Shown: positions 54,411 through 64,000 of the stretch, in pieces | Numbering within the stretch: position 1 is the stretch's first letter | Layout of the letters: every line of letters begins with the position of its first letter | Assembly: GCA_964016885.1 (NCBI GenBank) | Contig: OZ024743.1 | Span: 109,554,001 to 109,618,000, forward strand | DNA from: Eledone cirrhosa | Taxonomy: Eukaryota | DNA: 64,000 bases | Direction: 5' to 3' | Program-made: the position numbers and the translations under genes | The notes under the pieces: model-generated | The model's database searches: none | What the model saw: only the letters and a program-made list of their open reading frames with translations | Told to the model about the DNA's origin: nothing

Positions 54411-54840
54411 ACACAGACGTATACACATATACATATATGTATACGGACATATATATACACATACACATGTATATACGCACATACACATACATACTTATAT
54501 GCACATATGTCTATAAGGTTACACACACGCACACACAAACATACACATATACACACACATACGCACGCACATATACCTACGCATAATCCCATATACACAC
54601 ACATATATATATACAATACACGCTCACACGGCTTCCATACCACCTTGAAATAATAACTTGACTACCGGCTCAACTCGGATCTAATCCGCCGTGACCACTC
54701 TCTGAACTTTCCCCACACCTTCCCACATCCATTTTTTTCTTTTCTTTGCATTACTTTTTGATTGACATATTTACTGCATGTTTATTTCTGTCTATGATTT
54801 TTTGTCCATGATTGCCTGTTTATTTATGATTATGATTTTT

Positions 54841-55022
54841 TGGATTGGCAGTATCGGTAGAGGGTCGGAATCCATGCTTTCCAGCATAGTTACGTCCCTT
54901 TACGATCTGAGTTCAAATCCCGCCGAGGTTGACTTTGCCTTTCATCCTTACGGGGTCGATAAAATTAAGTATTACTAATGCACTTGGTAATTGCTGGCCC
55001 TGTGCCTAAAGTAGAAACAATT
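54841..55022 (+). mobile_element. Meta-type tRNA SINE
   Basis: A/B boxes and core; possible TSD attatga(t/g)tttt. Confidence 0.85.
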
Positions 55023-55029
55023 ATGAGTT

Positions 55030-57990
55030 TTTGTCTATGATTTTCCTGTGTATACTCTACTCTCCTTATTTTTTCTGTTTCAGTTTCGCTCCCTCTTCTC
55101 TGCCTACCTTTCGCACTCACCCCTTCGTTCCACCCACACACCCCCATCACAGACCTGCCTTCTCATTCCTCCCCCTGCTTTCAATCCACGCCCACCATGC
55201 CCAGCCTGAGATCCTTTCTCCACCAAATCCACACCCGGCTCAAACTTTTCCTCACCTCCATCCTCCCACCCTGCTATCACCCCTCGGCCCTGCAACTCTC
55301 CTACCTTCTCTTCGCCAAAACCCGGCACTCCAGCCACATCCATTTCCTCAGCCTCTGCATCCACCACTACCTTATACCCCTCGGCTTCCGACTACACTTC
55401 TACAGCTCCCCCTCCGCTTTGCCCCGACCCAACGTATCCTCACCCGATCCTCGCGCCTCCTGATGCTCAACTCCCTCCGCTCCTCCGCTCCACCGTCCGA
55501 AAACTTGACTACCAACTGACCCCCACCCTCCCCCGCCTAAACTCCGCATATCACACCCTCCTCGCCCACTCCATCCTCCTCTTCATCCAAAACCTCAACC
55601 ACGACCTATCCTCCTTCCTCACCTCCACCAAGGCCCTTAAGCCACCCCCTCCCCCCACCCCCACACCCCACCAATCCCTATGACCCCCCACATATACCCC
55701 CCACCACCCTGCCCAATGTCCACTCTCCAACTCACCCATCACCACACACCCCTCCTTCCCACACCCAAACTCCACCACTTGTCACCATACCCTCTGACCT
55801 CACTCTCCGCACCTATGCGCTCACTCCTCAGTAGAGGCCTTCGCTTCATACCCCACACCTCGTAACCCCCTCTTCTACCGCCCTCTACCCTCCGAACCCA
55901 CACCCCTCTAACAACAACAAGTTTCCTCCAACATCCAACATCCTTGTCTCCGCCTCCCTCCTCTCTCCCACCGCTTCCCACCTCATCGTCCGCACCGCCC
56001 GCACCCCTAATATCTACTTCCTCTCCAAACTCCACAAACCCGACAACCCCGGCCGCCCCATCGTCTCCGCTTGCAACTGCCCCACCGAACTCACCTCCGC
56101 CTTTCTTGACTCCATCCTCTCCCCCCTCGTCACCACCCTCCCCTCCCACATCTCCGACACCAACCATGCCCTTCGCCTATTCAACTCCTTCACCTTCCCA
56201 CCCGGCCCACATCCCTCCTATTCACCCTAGATATCAAGTCGCTTTATACTATCATCCCCCACGCCGACGGCCTACGTGCACTCAAGCACTACCGAACTGG
56301 TCCTCACCATCAACTTCTTCTCCTTCTCGGGTCAGTTTTACCAACAAGTCAAGGGGGTAGCCATGGGCACAAGAATGGGCCCAAACTATGCCAACCTTTT
56401 CGTTGGCCATGTTGGCCACCCGAGAACAGCTTGACACCTTTCTCTCCTTCTTCTGCTCTTTCCACCCCTCCCTCCACTTCACCACCTCAAAATCCACCAC
56501 CCACATCCACTTCTTAGACATCTCCGTCGCCATCGACCCCTCCCACCACTCTCTCGTCACCTCCACCTTCTTCAAACCCACCGACTCCCACTCCTAGCTC
56601 GACTTCAGCTCCTCCCACCCTACACATACACTAAACACTCTATTCCCTACACCCAACTCCTCAGGATCCGCCGCCTCTGCAGCCGAGATGCTGACTTTGA
56701 GTCCAATGCACTTTCCCTAGTCAGCCATTTTATTCACAGGGTAACCCCCCCCACACACACACACACGCGCACACACACACCCTCCCTCGTCCACACCGCC
56801 CTCACTCGCGCCCGTGCTGTCCATCGCTCCACCGCCCTCACCCCACGCCGCCGAACACCAACCCACCATCTCCCCTTCCCATCACCTACCACCCCTCCAC
56901 CCTACCCCTCCACCGCACCATCCTCCGCCTCTTCCGACGACTCCAGACCGACCCCGCCACCTCCCACATCTTCCCATCCCCACCACTCCCCACCTTCAAA
57001 CGGGCACGCATCTCCGCAGTTCCCTACCGCTAACCAACGCTCTTATTCCCCCTCCCCCGGTTCCCTTCCCTGTTCCAGGCCTCGTTGCAACACCTGCCCC
57101 CACATCACGTACACCACCACCTTCCAGGGTCCCAACGGCCACTCTCTCTCTGTCTGACACCTCTTCCGCTGCACCTCCTCCAACCTAGTCTATGGACTTC
57201 GCTGCACGGAGTGCAGCGCAACCCACGACGGACAGACTGGACGTCGCCTGGCGGACCGTTTCACTGAACACATCCCTGATATTCGTCTCGGCGGGAGTTC
57301 CCCCAACGCCCGAACATTGGCTCCCCTGGATATTCCGCGCACCACCTCACAGTCTGTGTCCTACTCCAATGCCTCGGAACAACCGCCACCCGCATCAGGT
57401 TCGAACAACGCACCATCTTCACCCTACAGACCCACACTCTCCCCGGCCTGAACTCCCCACCCCTATTCCCCAGACACACACAAATATACCCCACTAACAC
57501 CACTAACACACTCCTCCTTTTAACCGCCCACACCACAACTAACAATACTAACACCTCCACTGCATCCCGACCACCCTCCCCAACTAACAATACTAACATC
57601 CCCAACCCTCCCCCTATCACGAACACACCCACCGGTACATATATACACGCACTCACACTATCCACAGACCCTACTTCCACAACTAACCCTCACCCACACA
57701 TCCACTCCAACCACCCCACAACTAATACCACTAACATCCCCCCGATCCCACGCACAGGAACACACACGCCCACCCACACCCACTTACACCACCCACTCTA
57801 CACACCCTACCACCACTAACACACCCGTATTCAACCCTTTCCCCACCACCAGTATACCTTCACCCACTAACACCTCCTTCACCACAAACACACTCATCCA
57901 AACACGCACACACAGCAGTACACTACACTCCCTCCCACTCTCAAGAGCGTAAAACTAATGAACCTTTGTTCGTACTGCCTCTGTTTTGTT
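55030..57990 (+). mobile_element. Decayed Neptune-like PLE (RT + Zn linker + GIY-YIG), extremely C-rich sense strand
   Basis: YFLSKLHKPDNPGRPIVSACNCPTE, QQVKGVAMGTRMGPNYANLF, IHFLDI, FKPTDSHS, LLRIRRLCS, CSRPRCNTCPH, CTSSNLVYGLRCTEC..GQTGRRLADRFTEH. Frameshifted, with the catalytic DD region deleted; ends approximate. Confidence 0.82.
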
Positions 57991-58084
57991 CCCGTTCCAT
58001 TTTTCACTATATATATATAGTAAAAAATGGAACGTGTATGTATATATATATATATATATATATATACATACACGTTCCATTTTT

Positions 58085-58704
58085 GGTGCTACTGGTAACA
58101 TGTATCCCAGTACAACCTGTCTCATGGTCGGGTCGTTGGCGACTAAACTGGCAACCCCACCAAGGTTTCTTGGTGAGGAGGGTGACTTTGGACATCCTGC
58201 AGGACTAAAAACAAAACCTGTCAAAGGGCAAAGGAGCTCTTAAGAGTCAATGGCCATCCAAAATCACCGGGAGAGATGACCCCTTTAGCCTTAGTCAAGG
58301 CAGAATTCTAGGAGAAGGAAAACTCTGATATAACACCTGCAACCCTGATGGTATCCAATGATGTTGACTTGTTCTTCTTTTTGGTAAATAGCATCTTGGT
58401 TAAGAGAGTGGGACTGGCTTTGTGCAGTGCCTTTGCTCACTATAAAAGCTTCACGGCACAGGCATTGCTTTATATCTGGAGATCTCTCTGCACTTGTCCT
58501 CACATGGGCCCAGCACTATGTGTCAATAATTGTCCTACCATGGGCCTAGCACTATGTGTCAATAATTGTCACAGGTGTAGTGTTTGTACCAGAGGTTTCA
58601 AGTCGCTGGCTGGACTAAAAAGTCACACTCGTTCAGCGCTTCGGTAGGGGTTATCCTACATGGATGTAAAGTAGTGGCCGTACTCGAAAACGAGTTGGCA
58701 GCCA

Positions 58705-58708
<4 letters not shown>
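58085..58708 (+). mobile_element. Short non-autonomous RTE-like derivative (5'UTR-like part + C2H2-like finger 3' end + (TA)n tail)
   Basis: CSVCTRGFKSLAGLKSH just before a stop; short 3'UTR hairpin CTCG-AAAA-CGAG then (TA)n; no RT. Confidence 0.5.
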
Positions 58709-58753
<45 letters not shown>

Positions 58754-59092
58754 TACATACAAAATACACGTACGTACACGTAACTACATAACACATACAT
58801 ACACACACATATATATGAAACTCTACATGCATGCGCACACCCACATGTATACATACATATACACATACACACATATAAATATGCATATATATATACAAAC
58901 GCACACGGACGGCCACATGCACATGCATGCACATATGCATATTTGCTTACACACACAAGCTTCCTGATATACATATATAAACAAAACCGTAAAAAATAAT
59001 TATACAAAATATAATAAAAAATACAATATACAATAAAATAACAATAAAAATAATATAACAATATAGTATACAATATTATATATATATATATC

Positions 59093-60316
59093 TAAGGCGG
59101 GTAAAATTCCTGAGATCCATGTCGTGGACAAATTCAGCATCCGATACCTTTTTCGCCCTAACTCTCCTGCTGTGAGCCGGTGCTACAGTAAAGCCAGAGT
59201 CCTGGTGTTTCTCCAGTGCAAGGCGCATACAATAGTCCACTACGATGACAAAAAGGTAGGGAGCCAATGTATCTCCGTGGAGCACTCCAGCCAGTATCTC
59301 AAAGAACTCTGTCATCCCATCAGGTGTAATGACTTGGGATTTGGTGTTGGTGTAGAGCAGTGATATCACGTCCACTAACTTCGTGGGGATTCCATAAGCC
59401 TGTAAGATCTTCATCATGCAGTAACGGTCCACAGAATCACAGGCCTTCCTAAAGTCAATGAAAACCATGACCGCAGGAAGGCACTTTGCTCTAGCTCCCT
59501 CTAATATCCTCCTCCGCATCAGGATGTGACTGGTGGTTGATCTACCCTCTCTGAAGCCGTTCTGGTTGTCCCTGAGCTTCTTCTCCATCTCAGGCTGGAT
59601 CCTATTAAGAATCATCCTGTTGAGGGTCTTTGCCACAAGTGACGTCAGTGAGATCCCCCGGTAGTTGTTGGTGTTAGAGAGATCTCCCTTCTTTGGCACT
59701 GGGACGATGTTACTGACCCTCCACTAATTCGGGGCAACTCCTTTCTCCAGTGCCCCGTTACAGAACCCCAGGATGATATCATCAAAATCACACCTCTTCA
59801 TCACCTCTGATGCCACTCCATCTTCTCCATGAGCCTTGCCCTCCTTGAACTTATTCTTGGCTGTCTGAAGCTCCTTTCTAATGAAGGGCTGTGTCTCAAC
59901 ATCCAGTTCCTCAAACAGCCGCCTGATCTCCCCAGTGCTCTGGGCTGTGGAGGGTGGCTCTCCTAGTAGGGTCCTAAAATGGTCTAGCCGTTTCCTCTTC
60001 CTATCCTCGGGCCCCGTTCCCTGGATCTGACTCGAACACCTTCTCTTCCTCCCTGTGATCTCGTTGATGATCATCCAGCTCTCCTTACATCCAGATATGT
60101 CAACCGCTCTCTCCACACTTCTGATCTTCTCTATCAGTCCTTCCTCTCTGACCTCAGTGTAAGCGGTACAGAGCTCTTCCCTCATCACCTCCACAGTCTC
60201 CATCCTCTCCTCCGTAGGATCAGCATAGAATTGGTCCCTGGCAGCTTTCAGGTGTCTCTGGCTGCACACACTTTTGGGTTTGCAGAGTTGACGTGCTTCC
60301 CTTTGTTCAAAAAAAT
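59093..60316 (-). mobile_element. RTE-clade LINE fragment with internal deletion, in (TA)n
   Basis: KAHGEDG, PKKGDLSNTNNYRGISL, NQNGFREGRST, FIDFRKACDSV, GVLHGDTLAPYLF; jumps from the DD motif to the same 3' end as 34700-34729. Confidence 0.85.
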
Positions 60317-60319
60317 AAT

Positions 60320-60379
<60 letters not shown>

Positions 60380-60390
60380 GCATACATATT

Positions 60391-60482
<92 letters not shown>

Positions 60483-60796
60483 ATGGATATATGATAAAAT
60501 AATACATAATAGAATGAATATATAATCCATCCGTACACACACATATATATATACACAAATACACATACATATAGAGACCTATGTATACATACATCCACAC
60601 ACACTCATGCATACATACGCACACACATACATACACATATACTCATACACAGCTATGTATATTTATATACATATATATATATATATATATACATATATAT
60701 GTACACACACCCACATATGTACATATATGTACATCCATGCACACACACACGTATAAAGTCATGCATATACGTACACATGCACACATACACACCCCC

Positions 60797-60863
<67 letters not shown>

Positions 60864-60939
60864 CACACACACATACATATACATACGCACAGGTCGACAC
60901 ATAAAAACACACATATAAACACAATAAGATGATAAAATA

Positions 60940-62400
60940 AAATAAATAAATTTACAATATGTTAAAACACATTAAAATGTGTATATAATTGCACAAAGAG
61001 ATAAATAAAAAAGGGGGCAGGTAGGTACGTGTATTCATGTGATACACTACACACATGTAGTATGAGGTGTAAACTTGGGTCCGTGTATGGAACAAATAAC
61101 AATAACAAAACAATAATAACTGTAATAATAATTCTTCCAATGTGGAACATGTGGAGAGTATATATTCACGATTGATGGGGTACACATACAAGGGGACGCT
61201 TCGCCCGGTCACCATGGGGTATGCCACCGTGGTTGGGGTGTGCTGTTGTATATGTTTGGGGTATTTGACTGAACGACCGTAGACTCCGTGTTAGTCGGTC
61301 CCGGCCTAGTCGATGTACCTACCCAGTGTTGCATACCCGGTCCAGTGTGCAACATGGTTTATTTATGCCTGCTACACGGGTCGCACAATGTCATCAGGGC
61401 ATGTTTTCAGGTCCCTAAACCCTTTGGGCCGCACGGGTCTGTGCGTAACCGGTCCCTCTCCCCTGAACTGTGCTACTCGGAGGATTCCATGCTGCAAATG
61501 TGCATCTTCTCTGGTTTGTGCAGGTCATGATAATTTCAGATTTCAGGTTGACCGCGTTATCTTTAAGTCTGACTATCTCCATGGGTTCGTGTAGGCATAC
61601 TCGGCACTTTCTACTTCCGACCGAACATGCTTTCGCATAGCGAACGATACTCTATTCCAGGGCGTACGGAGTGCCTTGGTCTTTCAGGTCCCACACCATG
61701 TCCGCTAACCTAGTGGCGTGGCTTTTGCTACGGTCCCTGAAGGTATTCGTGTGATTATACATCTGCGATTTAAAGGTCGTAGATGGTGCGACGCTGTAGG
61801 TGCGATGCGCATTTTGGGTTGTAACCACACACTTGTATATCAGGCCTCTCGTCTGGCATTTTCCCTGCAGGGGGCACTGGGTGCCCGCTCTGCGGTTACA
61901 CGTTCTGTTGTCAGTTCTTTCGCATCTGATCTCTGGGCCTCGATCTGTTATGGCCCTCTCGGGATTTACAGGGTGTTATTCCGCCGACACGGTGGTCTCC
62001 TCTACGCCACTCGTTCCCTCCCGGCGTCGGATCTTATCACACTCCGCGGGAATTCCGGCCGCCACGGGGGCCGGGTTGGCATTTGAGGGCCGGTCCCCGG
62101 GTGGTCCCCCGCGCTCCGATTTACGGTCATTCTGTCGCCGCGGTGTGCGGCCAATGCTCACCATCTTCACCGCGTTAGTTTTAGCCATGTAGTCGGCCAT
62201 GTTAGGTGCTGTGGAGAAGGAAAACATCACCGCGTGGCGGTTGAAGATTTTGTGGTACTTGTTCGTCGGCGGAAAGCACTCATCCAACGCTCGGAAGAAA
62301 AGTACTGGCACATTTGTGCGTAATTGTTTGGAGTAAGGCGCATTAAACCAGGTAACGGTCTTAGATCTGTTCCTTCGTGTGCGTGGAATCGTGTTGGTGT
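60940..62400 (-). mobile_element. Naiad-like PLE fragment (RT C-terminus, linker, GIY-YIG), decayed
   Basis: WFNAPYSK..TN..FP..KIFNR..PNM; the same frame continues CNRRAGTQCPLQGKC..GLIYKC..FKSQMYNH..VWDLK..CRVCLHE..NLKSE with two stops. Confidence 0.82.
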
Positions 62401-62412
62401 GTATATGTGGAG

Positions 62413-62448
62413 TCGTGCATGCGTGTGTATACGTGTCTGTGTCTATGT

Positions 62449-62520
<72 letters not shown>

Positions 62521-63530
62521 TGTGTATCTGTCAGTGGGTGTGTGTGGATGTGGGAGCGTACCTACACCCACATAGGATAGGGTTTGTCTATGTGTTTATA
62601 TGCGGGTACATATACTTGTGTGTAGGTATATGTACATGTGTGTGTATGTGTGTGAATGTGTGCTTATGTATTTAGAAGTGTGTCTGTCCTTGATGTCTAT
62701 CCATAAGGCTATGCGTGTATGTGCGTATGTATCCATGTATGTGTCTGAGAGTGTTTGTGTATATATGTGCTGATGTGCCAGACCTCCATTATGTGTTTTT
62801 GTATGCGTGGATGTGTGTGTCTGCGCATGTGTGCGCGTATACTTGCGCGTGAGACCAGATGTATGGCGCTGTTTAGGCAGGCGCAATTAGGCATATGGCG
62901 GTCATTATGTGGATGTGGGTGTGCCTCGGTTTATGGAAGAGAGGGAGTGTGTGTGCGTGTATAAATGTGCATCGGGGTATGTGTGTCTACACATGTGTGC
63001 GTGCGCATGTGTATGCATGCATGCGTGTGTGCCTGCACGTGTGTGTATATATGTGTGTGTGTGCATATGTGGGTACATACTATGGAGTGTAAACAGACGT
63101 GTGAGATACCAAACCCAGCATGGCTCCATTGAAGTGTGTCGGGCGGAAAATAGCTGATGACCAGTGTAGCAGTAAATAGTGACCAGAATTATGATGACGT
63201 AGAATAACAAAAGCCAATGGTATGACAAGAGTGGAAGAGGTTTTTTGAAGGTGTTTTTTGACGATAACACCCCAGTGAGAAAATTTGCTCCGAACGTATT
63301 GTCTGTGTCGGAAGGAACCTGCAGCCGTAGAATCAGCCAGATTCATACAGTGATCATATCTCGAGCTACCTGCCGGCGAAACAATTGTAACACGCAATAA
63401 ACTGAGTCCAGATGCATCACTGATTTTTCGTTTTTTTATACTATTCACACTCTGCTCTGTATGAATATTGAGTTTTAATTTTCGCATACCGCCTATGGAA
63501 GCACCATAGCTACCATAATACACACGTATA
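62413..63530 (+). mobile_element. PLE 3' region (TG-rich spacer + pLTR + ~90-nt tail) ending in (TA)n
   Basis: Inverted homologue of 53434-54410 with extra tail; HHR-like motif at 63305-63393. Confidence 0.8.
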
Positions 63531-63547
63531 TTTATATATATATATAT

Positions 63548-63578
<31 letters not shown>

Positions 63579-64000
63579 CGTATGTGTGTGCGTGCGTGTG
63601 CGTGCGTGGGTGTATGCATTTTATATTTTGAGTTAAGCATCCACTACTCTTATATCGAATTCCATGATGTACCTTCCAGGTGAACATGATTTAAACTCCG
63701 GGTACGTTGGCTTGTATTTCATATTGGTAAGCATTATTCTTATTTTTGTGGGCTTATTTCGTATACGTGGAATTAGCTTAAAATGACTTATCTACAGTAT
63801 ATATATATATATTCACGTACCTTATACTTCGTTTTAGTACAGAAACTGTCAGCCCAACTCCGCACTGATTTACTTAAGTTACATAATAATTTGAAAGTCA
63901 CCTTCAGGCTTATCCTAATTTATCCAGCCTGTGTATTAGATAGCACTGCTATCGATATTTAACTCATTCTTTTTGTATGTCTCACCTGAACATGTATAGC

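Noticed and set aside
58091-58150. HDV-like ribozyme at the 5' end of the RTE-like element (CCAGT...CGACTAA-ACTGG)
   Set aside because: Could not assign P1 or P1.1, and P2/P3 spacing is wrong; CCAGT pairs equally well with upstream ACTGG
63153-63159. CTGATGA as the 5' half-core for the GAAAC at 63378
   Set aside because: Upstream bases (ATAG) cannot form stem I with ACAC; the CGGAAGG register at 63309 gives proper stems

Overview
Eukaryotic, AT-rich, microsatellite-dense intergenic or intronic DNA made almost entirely of retroelements. I see no recognisable host gene. The tRNA-derived Meta-domain SINEs and the (TA)n/(CA)n landscape resemble octopod cephalopod genomes (inference). Contents: (1) four R4/Dong-type RLE non-LTR copies with (TAA)n tails (1-8040); (2) an intact two-ORF Tx1/L1-clade LINE flanked by (ATCT)n (11591-17409); (3) many Penelope-like element (PLE) remnants, mostly Naiad-like with RT plus C-terminal GIY-YIG, one Neptune-like, and their solo pseudo-LTR fragments, nearly all in (TA)n; (4) RTE-clade fragments with (TA)n tails; (5) SINEs; (6) two non-coding tandem arrays. 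Reading both strands by eye gives about ten distinct families of type-I hammerhead ribozyme (HHR) motifs. Several have palindromic stem III, long stem II insertions or non-canonical cores. One array (565-bp unit) carries an intact HHR in every unit and is retrozyme-like. The PLE insertions share a recurrent geometry: one arm starts at the extreme 3' end, and an inverted arm starts at a fixed internal AT-rich site, which suggests programmed twin priming at (TA)n targets. All structures were folded by hand; none were checked computationally or biochemically, and element boundaries are approximate.
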